This document shows positions 27,835-37,788 of a DNA stretch of 64,000 nucleotides, piece after piece. Source of the stretch: Clostridia bacterium (GTDB lineage: Bacteria; Bacillota; Clostridia; Oscillospirales; Acutalibacteraceae); contig JAFRLX010000123.1 of assembly GCA_017430965.1 (NCBI GenBank), positions 8,583 to 72,582 of the forward strand. The letters run 5' to 3'. The notes beneath the pieces were generated by a model that was not told the DNA's origin, made no database searches, and saw nothing but the letters and a program-made list of their open reading frames with translations. The position numbers were made by a program, and so were the translations under genes. Each line of letters starts with the position of its first letter. Position 1 is the stretch's first letter.

Positions 27835-30800
27835 TTATTTGACTGTCAGTTTGACAACATAGGAGGAAGCACCTTCTACATTACCATCTTTAGCACAGAC
27901 TTTGAAGAAGTAGGTTGTACCTCTCTTCAGGTTTTCTACCTTAGCCTGATAAGCACCGTCGGTTGTAGCAGCTAATTTATAGCCGCTATCTTTCTTGGTG
28001 CTTATATAAAGGTTGTAACCCTTAGCACCTGCGACCTTGCTCCAGGAAGTCTGAACAGTAGTGAAGTCTTTTTGGTTTGCCTTCAAGTGAAGCACTGCAG
28101 GAAGTGTTGCCTTTGCAGAAGCGACATTTGAGGGAGCGCTTGCGCTGCCGCCGATACCTGCAACAACCTTATAGTAATAGGTGTCACCGGGAGTCAGGTT
28201 GGTGTCAATATAGCTTGTATCGGAAACGGTAGCAATTCTCTCATACTTGCCGTTTTGAGAATCGGATCTGTACAGCTGGTAAACAGAAGCGCCGTCTACA
28301 GCATTCCAAGTCAGTTTTACGGAAGTCTTTGAAGCGGTCTCGGCTTTGAGCTTCGGCGCATCAAAAGTATCCTTTTCAATGGTAAAGTTATCAATCTTAG
28401 TGGAGGTGGAACCATCCTCACTGAGCTGGTAAGTATCAACAGCTAACTTGTTGCCGTCAACACGCACGACAGAGTAGGAGGACTTGTTCATGGTATCAAC
28501 TGCCGTGAAGGAGTCGAGATCGAACATTTCTTTCACTTTATCATTTGCTTTAAGCTTGTAGTCCTTCACACCGGATTTACCGTTGATAAGGTAAACGGTG
28601 CCGGATTGCTTCTTACCGACATTGTTGCCGTCAAAATGACCGGTAACTTCACCGTTTGTCATGAACTGGCTTCTTAAGAATACATGGTCATGACCGGAGA
28701 AGACGATATCAATACCAAGCTGCGGCATTACTTTGGATAACTGCTCTCTTAAAGCAACCACATCGCTGTCGTCATAGTGAGATGCGTTGGAGTAAATGGA
28801 CTTGTGCATAGCGACAACATTCCAAGTCTTGTCAGAGGATTCCGCACTCTTTTGCAACCATTCGAGTTGGTCGGTGGAGAGGGTGTTATCATCATTTAAG
28901 TCATTGGTGTTGAGAACCATGACATGGACATCGTTATAATCAAAATCATAATAGATGCCGGTGGAAACATCCTGTTCGGGATGATCGACTGCAAAGAAGG
29001 TATCCTGTGCAGGAGTAAATGCAGTGGAGAGAATACCATCTGTACCATTGGTGCCCTTGGGCTCGTGGTTACCTGCAACAGAAGCAATCGTTGTGTCGGC
29101 GATGCCCTCAGTACCGAGTGCCCAAGACCATTGAGACATATTTGCACCGTAGTCAACCACATCACCGGTGTGGAGAATGTATTTGTAATCCGGTGCTTTT
29201 TCGGCAGCATCTGCAAGAACTTTGCCGAAGGAGTCTTTATATTGTTGAGCTGTCTGGCTCTGAGAATCTGTCACAAACAGGAAGGAATATGCGGAATTGT
29301 CACCCTTGGCTGTTTCCATAGCAGCAGGCTCGGACCAGATGTTCTTTGCTGCATCACCGATACGGTAGGTATACTTGGTGCCGGGCTGTAAGCCGGTAAT
29401 CTTGGCAATGTGCCTGTTCATGCTCATGCTTTCGCCAACGCTGTAGACACCGATATCCATAGTCGGGTATGTCATCTTAATGGTGTCGCAGGAGGTATCG
29501 GCATTGAATGTCACCGTGCTTCCGCCTGCAAAGTCAGCAGCAGTCGCACCTTCCTTGTAGGTAATAATTTGAACATCCGTGCCGCTGATTTGCGGAATGG
29601 TGAACCAATTAATGTTCTTGGAAGTTTTGGGGTCATTACCGAAGGAGACCGAAACAGTATTCGGGATTTGGTACCAAGCATCCGCAGGTGCTTTGGCAGC
29701 AAGCGGCTTGTAGTTAATGGTAGCCTGGTAATCATCGCTGTCATTACCCATTAAGCCTTCGCTCTTCAGGTCATAATTATTAATGAACGGATATTGCTCT
29801 AAGTAGGGAATATCTGCCTTTTGTGTGCTGGTCGGATCAATGAAGAAGGACTGCAGCGAATAATTTAACAGTCTGGAAACAGCATGAATTTGATCATTTG
29901 TCAAGTAGTCGTCTGCTAAATTAAACAGGAAGTATTCCACAAGGGAAGCGCTGTTTGTAACGGATTTATCCGTAACAGTATCGGTTGTAAAATCAATATG
30001 CTTATAAGTATCGGAAATAATTCTGCCCGCCCAAGCATCCACGATTGTCACTAAGTCGGGAGATTTATCGGTTGTACCGAATAACAGCTTTCTGACAGCC
30101 GGATAGCGCAGCACGCCGGCAAAATCGGGAAGCAAATCTTTAATCACATCGGTGGAAATATTCAAAGTGGAGAGGAGATTCAAAATCTCGCCGGGTTTGA
30201 AGGTTTCCACTTCCTTGCCGTCAACCGTTTCGGTAACGGTTTCGCCGATAAGCTTATTGATTAAGTGGTCAGCCAACTTGCGAACGGCTTCATCGCTTTC
30301 GATTTCCGCGTAAATAGCAGGTAAATCAGCAACAATATCTTTAATCCAAGTCGGTTGAGCCGGATCATCAATCGGTCTGCAATCGTAGTTGGCAATCACA
30401 GCTGCCATAGCGATTTCTCCGAGAGAGTGACCTGCAATCTTATATTGCTCTAAAAGTTCATCAATCAGATTGTTGATAACTTTTAAGAGTTCTTGGTTCT
30501 CGCGAACAACATTACCATCATCATCAACATAACCGAGCAGGGAATGGTCAACTTCATCCGCAAGTTTGTTGACAGCAGTAATCACGGATTCTTTCTTCAA
30601 AGAGAGAATGGAAACAGTAACGCTGTCGCCGGGGAACATGGTATCAAGATAGGTTTCAATATCGGTACCGAGAACGCTTTCAATTAAGCCTTTTGCACCG
30701 CCGGAGCGAATGATATCATCAATCAGTCTGCCATCCAAGTAACCGCTGACCATATTGGTAGCAAGCTTGGTAAGGCTGGGCGGGTCGGAAGGAACAATGC

Positions 30801-32205
30801 AGTCACCGGCATCATCCGCTTCTAACCTTGTGCCTGCAAACAGGTAAAGGCCGTAATTCTCGGCAAAGGGCTTATGAATCTTAGCAAAGAATTTACCGTT
30901 GGCAGCCGTGTTATACTGCATCGGAACAATAACGGGATTGCCTGAATTATCATATTCATACCAGCATTGAGACAGGTCGACCTGAGCAACGGTGTCGCAA
31001 TCGCGGGAGACGGTATTGAAATCAATCGAACCGTCAGCGTTCAGCTCAAGATAATTCTCGCGGTAGGTATTGGAATAGTTGGAAAGGGAACCGGTTTCGC
31101 AGTCATAGATGCTTTCGCCGTTGGGGCTGGTGTAGGCGCTGACATCGGGAGCATGCTGGTGACCGGTGAAAACATAATGCATACCGCTGTCGGCAAGTGC
31201 GCCGGCAACTCTCTGCCAATCGTTGATAACAAAGAGCTTTAGTGCGGCAGCTTGTACAGCAAAGTGAGGTGTAATAGCAAAGTGGTTAATGCCGACAACC
31301 GCTTCATGATTGTTAACGGCAGCTTCACTTTGGCCACAAACCCAGTCAAGCTGTTCATCGGTCATATAACCGCCGGTATTGCAGTCTTGCACTTCCTGAC
31401 CTGCTACTAAAGCAGTATTGTCGTTGACATCTTCGGAATACATGCAGCAGTCCATAGAGACCAAACGAATCTTTTGACCGTTTGCATCTTCAAGGCTGAC
31501 AGCATAGGAGAGTGCGCCGCTGGAATCTTCAAAGGTATAGGAATTCTTATCGGTAGGAGCGGTCTTCAATTCATCGTTTTTGAAATAATCGACATTTGCT
31601 TCACCGTAGCCTAAATCTCTGTAGTAATAAGCAAATTCTGCTGCATTGGTAGCAATTTCGTTTGCTTCTTCCAAAGTGGCTGCGCCGGTGCAGGTAACCG
31701 CTTTGCCGTTGGCATCATAAATGGTGCCGCCGCTGTATTTGTTAATGTCGTGGTTACCGGGGCAAACGTAGATGTGGAATTGAGGGTCAATCGTTCTCAT
31801 TTTGTTTTGGAAAGAACGAAGCAGATTGCCTAAGACCTCATGGTTCTTTTCTTCACCATTTGCGGTAAGGTCACCGGTTAAGAAAACATAACGCAGTGTG
31901 CCTTCATTTACGCGCTCCTCAATCGCTTGCAAAGTAGCATTGAGAATGGGGAAGGTTTCGCCTAAGAGTTTGTTGTACTTGACAACATCATCATAGTAGT
32001 CGGTTCCTTCGCCGCCTTTGCCGACCAGTTGTTCCGTGTACACGTGCGTATCGGAAAGGGTCGCAAAGGAGACTTTGTCGAGCTTGTAATCGGCAGTGGA
32101 ATTACCGGAAATACCGGTATTCGCTGCAAATGACAGCGGTGCACAGGTGACCACCATCATGATTGCAAGAACGATAGAAAGAACCTTCACAAAGTTTCTT
32201 TTCAT
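27835..32205 (-). CDS. Secreted multidomain protein with two calcineurin-like metallophosphoesterase domains, a purple-acid-phosphatase-type N-domain and two C-terminal Fn3 domains
   Basis: 1456 aa with a signal peptide. Domain 1 motifs are SDTHVY, TGDLTANGE, GNHD and GHQH. Domain 2 motifs are VTDSQ, HTGDVVDYG, AGNHE and GHDHVF. The Fn3 modules contain VYQLYRS...DTYYYKV. Confidence 0.88.
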   Translation of the reverse strand: MKRNFVKVLSIVLAIMMVVTCAPLSFAANTGISGNSTADYKLDKVSFATLSDTHVYTEQLVGKGGEGTDYYDDVVKYNKLLGETFPILNATLQAIEERVNEGTLRYVFLTGDLTANGEEKNHEVLGNLLRSFQNKMRTIDPQFHIYVCPGNHDINKYSGGTIYDANGKAVTCTGAATLEEANEIATNAAEFAYYYRDLGYGEANVDYFKNDELKTAPTDKNSYTFEDSSGALSYAVSLEDANGQKIRLVSMDCCMYSEDVNDNTALVAGQEVQDCNTGGYMTDEQLDWVCGQSEAAVNNHEAVVGINHFAITPHFAVQAAALKLFVINDWQRVAGALADSGMHYVFTGHQHAPDVSAYTSPNGESIYDCETGSLSNYSNTYRENYLELNADGSIDFNTVSRDCDTVAQVDLSQCWYEYDNSGNPVIVPMQYNTAANGKFFAKIHKPFAENYGLYLFAGTRLEADDAGDCIVPSDPPSLTKLATNMVSGYLDGRLIDDIIRSGGAKGLIESVLGTDIETYLDTMFPGDSVTVSILSLKKESVITAVNKLADEVDHSLLGYVDDDGNVVRENQELLKVINNLIDELLEQYKIAGHSLGEIAMAAVIANYDCRPIDDPAQPTWIKDIVADLPAIYAEIESDEAVRKLADHLINKLIGETVTETVDGKEVETFKPGEILNLLSTLNISTDVIKDLLPDFAGVLRYPAVRKLLFGTTDKSPDLVTIVDAWAGRIISDTYKHIDFTTDTVTDKSVTNSASLVEYFLFNLADDYLTNDQIHAVSRLLNYSLQSFFIDPTSTQKADIPYLEQYPFINNYDLKSEGLMGNDSDDYQATINYKPLAAKAPADAWYQIPNTVSVSFGNDPKTSKNINWFTIPQISGTDVQIITYKEGATAADFAGGSTVTFNADTSCDTIKMTYPTMDIGVYSVGESMSMNRHIAKITGLQPGTKYTYRIGDAAKNIWSEPAAMETAKGDNSAYSFLFVTDSQSQTAQQYKDSFGKVLADAAEKAPDYKYILHTGDVVDYGANMSQWSWALGTEGIADTTIASVAGNHEPKGTNGTDGILSTAFTPAQDTFFAVDHPEQDVSTGIYYDFDYNDVHVMVLNTNDLNDDNTLSTDQLEWLQKSAESSDKTWNVVAMHKSIYSNASHYDDSDVVALREQLSKVMPQLGIDIVFSGHDHVFLRSQFMTNGEVTGHFDGNNVGKKQSGTVYLINGKSGVKDYKLKANDKVKEMFDLDSFTAVDTMNKSSYSVVRVDGNKLAVDTYQLSEDGSTSTKIDNFTIEKDTFDAPKLKAETASKTSVKLTWNAVDGASVYQLYRSDSQNGKYERIATVSDTSYIDTNLTPGDTYYYKVVAGIGGSASAPSNVASAKATLPAVLHLKANQKDFTTVQTSWSKVAGAKGYNLYISTKKDSGYKLAATTDGAYQAKVENLKRGTTYFFKVCAKDGNVEGASSYVVKLTVK

Positions 32206-32402
32206 GATTTTTCCTCCAAAAAGATAAATATTTGCTCTTAAATTTTACCATTTTATATATATTAAGTAAATAGTATAAACTAATTTAAAAATATTTCGTT
32301 ATTTTAAACAAAAAAAATACAAAAAAATCTCCCTTTTGACAATAGGTGATTTTTTGAAAGAGACTGAATTTTTATGCCGCATTGTGTTTTGACGATATGG
32401 CA

Positions 32403-32440
32403 TAAAAATATCCGCTTAGGCACACGCCGTAAGCGGATAT
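32403..32440 (-). terminator. Rho-independent terminator of the V-ATPase operon
   Basis: On the minus strand: ATATCCGCTTA-loop-TAAGCGGATAT (11-bp stem) followed by TTTTT. Confidence 0.82.
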
Positions 32441-32512
32441 GCAGATTGATTATAGAAATAATATTGTTTTTACGGGAAATTTTAGTATTGATTAATATTA
32501 CTAAATACTACT

Positions 32513-33160
32513 TTATAGTATAAATTTGGAGCTTTTTTTTGCTTCGTTTTGTTTTTCTTTTTGGTTTTTGATGACTTTTAAGCGAGAAAAATCTTCTCTT
32601 TCTTTTTCCTCCAAGTTTTCCGAAATAAACTTCACAATGCCTTCGTAGCGCGGAATGACAATATTTTTAAGCGCATTAGAGCGCTTTTGTGTTTTGCTGA
32701 TTGCGGTTGCCAGGCGATAAATACTGCTTTCTATTTGTGCAAGCTGCGCCGTGAGCAATTTCACTTCATAAAAGTCTTTATAGGCGACATCTAAAAGTGA
32801 ATTGGAATCGCCGATTAAATAATTGGGCATCGCTTGCGTTTGAGAAATGGAGACAATCGGGATTTCCACACCCATGACAGAGCGGTAGTCAATTTCAATC
32901 GACCGGTCGGTATCCACCACAACGGCATTGATGGCTTCGCTGCCTAATGTCATGTTGGCAATTTTGAGCGCCTGGTAGGCATTTTGGTAAACCGTGCCGA
33001 TTTTATCCTGAACAGAGCGGGCTTCATCAATGAGCTGCATCATTTCTCTGACCAATATATGGCGCTTGCGATCAAGCAGGTCAAAGCCGAGCCTTGCCAA
33101 TTCAAGACTCTTTTTGTAAGCAATCAGATTTCCCTTTGTCGCGAAAATTTGTTGTGCCAT
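32513..33160 (-). CDS. ntpD: V/A-type ATP synthase subunit D
   Basis: 215 aa. MAQQIFATKGNLIAYKKSLELARLGFDLLDRKRHILVREM is a typical subunit D N-terminus. It is the last gene of the operon. Confidence 0.92.
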   Translation of the reverse strand: MAQQIFATKGNLIAYKKSLELARLGFDLLDRKRHILVREMMQLIDEARSVQDKIGTVYQNAYQALKIANMTLGSEAINAVVVDTDRSIEIDYRSVMGVEIPIVSISQTQAMPNYLIGDSNSLLDVAYKDFYEVKLLTAQLAQIESSIYRLATAISKTQKRSNALKNIVIPRYEGIVKFISENLEEKEREDFSRLKVIKNQKEKQNEAKKSSKFIL

Positions 33161-33169
33161 CGTTACCTT

Positions 33170-34555
33170 TTATGCCTGCGCTGCTACCAGCGGGTCATAG
33201 TGTTCTTTGAGGATTGCATCATCCAGCCTGTCGAGTTCGCTCTTGGGCAGAATGGTTAAAAGTTCCCAACCGAGATCCAGAGTTTGCTCAATGGTCCTGT
33301 TTGCATTGTAGCCTTGGTTGATAAACTTTTCTTCAAATGCTTCGCCGAATTTGAGCAGCAGTTTATCGTTGGGAGAAAGTTCATCTTCACCGATAACCGA
33401 AGCGAGTGCCTTTGCATCCTGCACCTTGGAGTAACTGGCAAAGAGCTGGTTGGCTAAAGGCTGATGATCGGCTCTGGTGTAGCCTTCGCCGATACCGTCC
33501 TTCATTAATCTCGAAAGCGAGGGGAGCACACTGACCGGGGGATAGATGCCCATGGTGTCCAGTGCTCTGTCGAGCGTGATTTGCCCCTCTGTAATGTAGC
33601 CGGTCAAATCTGGAATGGGGTGTGTAATGTCGTCATTCGGCATGGTTAAAATGGGAATCTGCGTAACAGAGCCCGGTTTGCCTTCGACAATACCCGCTCT
33701 TTCATAAATGGAAGCAAAGTCCGAATACAAATAGCCCGGGAAACCCTTTCTGCCTGGGATTTCGCCTTTGGAAGAGGAAAATTCGCGCACCGCTTCCGCA
33801 TAGGAAGTCATGTCGGTGAGGATAACCAAAACATCCTTACCAAGTTCATAAGCGAGGTATTCCGCGGCGGTCAAGGCACAGCGCGGAGTAATAATTCTTT
33901 CAATAATCGGGTCATTCGAAAGGTTGAGATACATCACAACCTTTTGCATGACATTGGCTTCTTCAAAGGATTTTCTGAAATATTCGGCAACATCGTTTTT
34001 AACTCCCATGGCAGCAAAAACAATGGCAAAATCGCTCCCGTCGGAAACATTGGCTTGCTTGACAATTTGAACGGAAAGTTCATTGTGCTTCATACCGGAA
34101 CCGGAGAAAATCGGAAGCTTTTGCCCTCGAATGAGTGTGGAAAGGCAGTCAATAGAAGAAATACCGGTGTTAATATAGTTACGCGGGTAAACGCGCGCAA
34201 CCGGGTTAATCGGCTGCCCGTTAACATCGGATTTTTTTTCGGGGTAAATATCGCCCAATCCGTCGATAGGTCTGCCAAGACCATCAAACACTCTGCCTAA
34301 GATTTCGGGGGACAGCGACAGTTCCAGGGCGTGGCCTGTCATGCGCGAAACCGTGTTGCTCAGCGAAAGACCGGTTGTGCCTTTAAACACCTGAATAATG
34401 ACTTTGTCGCCTTCAATTTGAACCACTCTTCCGGTGCGTTTGGTGCCGTTTTCTAAAACGATTTCCACCATTTCTTCATTGTGGGCATTTTCAACACCTT
34501 CTAACACAATCAGAGGGCCGTTAATCTGTTTTAAACCGATATGTTCTAATATCAT
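33170..34555 (-). CDS. ntpB: V/A-type ATP synthase subunit B
   Basis: 461 aa with a non-catalytic nucleotide-binding fold ([24 protein letters not shown]). Its ATG overlaps the subunit A stop. Confidence 0.94.
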   Translation of the reverse strand: MILEHIGLKQINGPLIVLEGVENAHNEEMVEIVLENGTKRTGRVVQIEGDKVIIQVFKGTTGLSLSNTVSRMTGHALELSLSPEILGRVFDGLGRPIDGLGDIYPEKKSDVNGQPINPVARVYPRNYINTGISSIDCLSTLIRGQKLPIFSGSGMKHNELSVQIVKQANVSDGSDFAIVFAAMGVKNDVAEYFRKSFEEANVMQKVVMYLNLSNDPIIERIITPRCALTAAEYLAYELGKDVLVILTDMTSYAEAVREFSSSKGEIPGRKGFPGYLYSDFASIYERAGIVEGKPGSVTQIPILTMPNDDITHPIPDLTGYITEGQITLDRALDTMGIYPPVSVLPSLSRLMKDGIGEGYTRADHQPLANQLFASYSKVQDAKALASVIGEDELSPNDKLLLKFGEAFEEKFINQGYNANRTIEQTLDLGWELLTILPKSELDRLDDAILKEHYDPLVAAQA

Positions 34556-36330
34556 GCTAAATTCCCTCCCGATGCAATGTTGAATTTGGTCAAGGCAGCG
34601 TCAATTTCTTCTTTAAAATCTTCAATGCCCGATAAATCATCGTTGGGAATGAGATATTTGAGCTGAATCGCTTTATCAAATAAGCCCAATTCTTTGATTT
34701 GAGAAATCGGGATTTGCTGCGACACAATCAAGGAGCATTGTTTATATAAATACAATATAATCCGCATCATTTGGTACTGCTTTTCAAGCGGAACATAGGT
34801 ATCAATCTCGTGGAAAGCGTTTTGCTGGAGGAAACCGACACGAATGACTCTGGCAATTTCTATGATAAGCTTCTGGTCATCCGGCAAGACATCGGAACCG
34901 ATGAGCTTGACTATTTCCATCAAATCCGCTTCCTGCTGTAACAGCGAAGCGATTTTCTCTCGATTGCGCATAAATTTGGGGCTCAGGTTTTCCGCATACC
35001 AAGGTGCAAGCGAATTCAAATATTCGCTGTAGCTTGTAGTCCAGTTGATAGCAGGGTAGTGCCTGGCATAAGCGAGTGTTTTGTCCAGCGCCCAGAAACA
35101 GCGCGTAAAACGCTTTGTGTTTTGTGTAACAGGTTCCGAAAAGTCGCCGCCTTGCGGGGAGACAGCACCGATAAGGGTAATGGAGCCTTCTTTATCGCAC
35201 AGTGTTTTCATGTAACCGGCTCTCTCGTAGAATTCGGAAAGGCGAGAGGGAAGGTATGCCGGAAAGCCTTCATCGGCAGGCATTTCTTCCAAGCGCCCGG
35301 AGATTTCTCTGAGTGCTTCCGCCCAGCGCGATGAAGAGTCTGCCATCATAGCGGTATGATAGCCCATATCCCTGTAGTATTCCGCAAGCGTAACACCCGT
35401 ATAAATGGAAGCTTCTCTTGCGGCAACAGGCATATTGGATGTGTTGGCAATTAAAATGGTTCGTTCTGTCATAGGTTTGCCGGTTTTCGGGTCAATCAGC
35501 TCGCTGAATTCCTGCAACACCTGTGTCATTTCATTGCCGCGCTCACCGCAGCCTACATAAATGATGATATCAGCATCACACCACTTGGCTAATTGGTGCT
35601 GTGTCATCGTTTTTCCGGTGCCGAAACCGCCGGGAATAGCTGCTGCGCCGCCTTTGGCGACAGGGAAGAGCGTGTCCAAAATTCTTTGACCTGTCAACAG
35701 CGGGCGGTCGGAGCTCATGCGCTCCTTTACGGGGCGCGGTGTTCGAATCGGCCATTTTTGGCAAAGGGTAATGTCATGAAGTTTGCCGCCGGCATCTTTG
35801 AGTTTGAGAACCGTTTCATTGACAGTATACTGACCGTCGGGCTTGACTTCCACCACTTCACCGCTGAGATTGGGTGCCAACAGGCAATAGTGCTTTATGG
35901 CACTGGTTTCGGGGCAGGAGGCATAAGCAGCACCGCCCTCAAGAAAATCGCCTTCTTTGACAAGAAATGTGACATCCCATTTCTTTTGAGCATCCAAACT
36001 CGGAATCAGAGAACCTTTTTTGATAAATGCGCCGCTTTGCTGCTTGATAACGGCAAGCGGGCGTTCAATACCGTCAAAGATATTGCTCATCAAACCGGGG
36101 CCTAATGTGATAGTGAGGGGAGAACCGCTCGGGTAAATCGGCTCTCCGGCGCTCAATCCCGCAGTTTCTTCATAAACCTGAATGGTGGTTTTTTCATTAT
36201 CAATCAAAATGACTTCACCGGCAAGGCGGTCCTTGCCGACAAAGACCATTTCCATCATGGAAAGGTCGGTTTTACCTTTAATAGTGATAACGGGACCGTT
36301 GATTGAATAAATCTGATATGTCTTTTCCAA
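34552..36330 (-). CDS. ntpA: V/A-type ATP synthase catalytic subunit A
   Basis: Walker A GGFGTGKT plus the non-homologous insert. I chose TTG 36330 ([14 protein letters not shown]) because AGGAGA lies 6 nt upstream. The ORF-track start at 36405 would overlap subunit E. Confidence 0.93.
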   Translation of the reverse strand: MEKTYQIYSINGPVITIKGKTDLSMMEMVFVGKDRLAGEVILIDNEKTTIQVYEETAGLSAGEPIYPSGSPLTITLGPGLMSNIFDGIERPLAVIKQQSGAFIKKGSLIPSLDAQKKWDVTFLVKEGDFLEGGAAYASCPETSAIKHYCLLAPNLSGEVVEVKPDGQYTVNETVLKLKDAGGKLHDITLCQKWPIRTPRPVKERMSSDRPLLTGQRILDTLFPVAKGGAAAIPGGFGTGKTMTQHQLAKWCDADIIIYVGCGERGNEMTQVLQEFSELIDPKTGKPMTERTILIANTSNMPVAAREASIYTGVTLAEYYRDMGYHTAMMADSSSRWAEALREISGRLEEMPADEGFPAYLPSRLSEFYERAGYMKTLCDKEGSITLIGAVSPQGGDFSEPVTQNTKRFTRCFWALDKTLAYARHYPAINWTTSYSEYLNSLAPWYAENLSPKFMRNREKIASLLQQEADLMEIVKLIGSDVLPDDQKLIIEIARVIRVGFLQQNAFHEIDTYVPLEKQYQMMRIILYLYKQCSLIVSQQIPISQIKELGLFDKAIQLKYLIPNDDLSGIEDFKEEIDAALTKFNIASGGNLA

Positions 36331-36365
36331 AATGTATCTCCTATAGCAGTGTCGATACGTCTTTA

Positions 36366-36962
36366 TCAAACATCTACTTTTAGATTTGAATTTAATAAGA
36401 ACCAATCCAGCTGGTTTTCCAAACCGGAATCAAGGCTTTCATCAATTAACACACTGTTATCGCAGTCAACGACTTTGAAAGAACCGATTTCAATGGAAGG
36501 GTCGGTCTCAACAGCGGCGTTTGGAAAGGCTGTTTGAATAGCATTTTGCGCGATTGTGTCGTTTGCGCGGATGTGAAAGATGAGGTGATTGCCGGTTTTA
36601 TCGGAGAATTCATCTAAACGCTTTTGTAAGTATTCTTTGTAAGCTTCACCGGCAGTAAAGGCAATCAACTCTTCCTTAGCGCAGGCGAAAACCTCTTGCT
36701 GATAGGCGTAGCGCTTAGAATAGATTTCTTTTTTCTTTTGCTTTTCGTGCAAAGCAACTTTCATCTTGGCCTGCGCTTCGATTTTTGCCTTTGCCGCTTC
36801 AATTTTCAAATGCCCTTCTTTGCGCGCTTCTTCTTCGGCGCGCATCATTTCTTCATTCGTGGTATCTTCAATTTGTTTGGCGATATCACTGCATTTCTGC
36901 ATAGCAGCTTTATTGATTGCTTTGAGAAACCTTTTGGTTTTGGCAGGGGATTGTTGAATCAT
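36366..36962 (-). CDS. ntpE: V/A-type ATP synthase subunit E
   Basis: 198 aa with a Lys/Glu/Ala-rich N-terminal helix and a globular C-terminus, positioned directly upstream of A. Confidence 0.8.
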   Translation of the reverse strand: MIQQSPAKTKRFLKAINKAAMQKCSDIAKQIEDTTNEEMMRAEEEARKEGHLKIEAAKAKIEAQAKMKVALHEKQKKKEIYSKRYAYQQEVFACAKEELIAFTAGEAYKEYLQKRLDEFSDKTGNHLIFHIRANDTIAQNAIQTAFPNAAVETDPSIEIGSFKVVDCDNSVLIDESLDSGLENQLDWFLLNSNLKVDV

Positions 36963-36981
36963 AATCTCTCCTTATTGAGCG

Positions 36982-37284
36982 CTATATCCCAATGACATCG
37001 TGGACAATTTTCATAATCGAATCGCCCGGGCGCTCGGCATTATCACTGTTGGGTATTTCAACCAACAGCGGTGTAGTATAGTTGAGTTTTATGTGACTAA
37101 CGGTTTCCGGAAAGGCAGCGGCAATAGAATCGGTAATTAGTAAAATACCGATACTGTCGTCTTTCGTGGCATCGAGCATTGCCTGTTCGGCATCCTCAAT
37201 ATGCTCACAGAATTTGCCTTCTATTCCCGCAAGGTGCATACCGGTTAAGGTATCTCTGTCATCACTGATTACATAAAATTTCAT
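36982..37284 (-). CDS. V/A-type ATP synthase subunit F
   Basis: 100 aa. MKFYVISDDRDTLTGMHLAGIEG is a typical subunit F N-terminus. Confidence 0.85.
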   Translation of the reverse strand: MKFYVISDDRDTLTGMHLAGIEGKFCEHIEDAEQAMLDATKDDSIGILLITDSIAAAFPETVSHIKLNYTTPLLVEIPNSDNAERPGDSIMKIVHDVIGI

Positions 37285-37289
37285 TGTCT

Positions 37290-37769
37290 TTATCGCGGCA
37301 GCACAAGAATGGAAATAACAACACCGTAAAGCGCGATGGATTCGCCGAGTGCAACGAAAATAATCGCTTTACCGAAGGCTTTGGGGTCTTCACTGACCGC
37401 ACCGATTGCTGCAGGTGCGCCGGCTGCAACGGCAATACCGCCGCCAATGCCAGCAAGACCGGTCGACAAACCGGCTGCAAGGTAAGCCATACCTCTATCA
37501 AAGCCGCTGCTTTCTTGGGCAGTCTCGGCTGTTTCGCCTGCTTGCTCGGAAGCGGTGGTGGCAGGTGCGGCGGAAGCATCGTTTGAATCGCTGCCTGCCG
37601 CGAAGGAACCGACTGCAAAAACAATGAGCATTACAAGCACCACCAAAAATGCAATTGCATTATAGCGGAATGCTTTTTTTGCGCTCACACCGCTCAACTT
37701 TTTCTTCACGGCGATAGTTGCCGAAACAATAATGGTAATAATAGGTACAAGGATTAATAAGATATTCAT
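37290..37769 (-). CDS. ntpK: V/A-type ATP synthase proteolipid subunit K (c): a single c-hairpin preceded by an atypical 2-TM N-terminal extension
   Basis: The C-terminal 68 aa (GLSTGLAGIGGGIAVAAG...FVALGESIALYG) are a c-subunit hairpin with the carboxylate Glu. ATG 37769 lies 6 nt after GGAGG. Confidence 0.85.
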   Translation of the reverse strand: MNILLILVPIITIIVSATIAVKKKLSGVSAKKAFRYNAIAFLVVLVMLIVFAVGSFAAGSDSNDASAAPATTASEQAGETAETAQESSGFDRGMAYLAAGLSTGLAGIGGGIAVAAGAPAAIGAVSEDPKAFGKAIIFVALGESIALYGVVISILVLPR

Positions 37770-37788
37770 AAGAAACCTCCCAAAGTGA

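Noticed and set aside
36331-36405. A 25-codon N-terminal extension of V-ATPase subunit A.
   Set aside because: It would overlap subunit E by 40 nt. The TTG at 36330 is preceded by AGGAGA and gives the conserved N-terminus [14 protein letters not shown].
37262-37624. ORFs overlapping the K-subunit gene (37262-37624 minus, 37284-37586 plus and 37406-37627 plus).
   Set aside because: These are alternate frames of the Ala/Gly-rich proteolipid coding sequence. GC-rich Gly/Ala codons keep all frames open.
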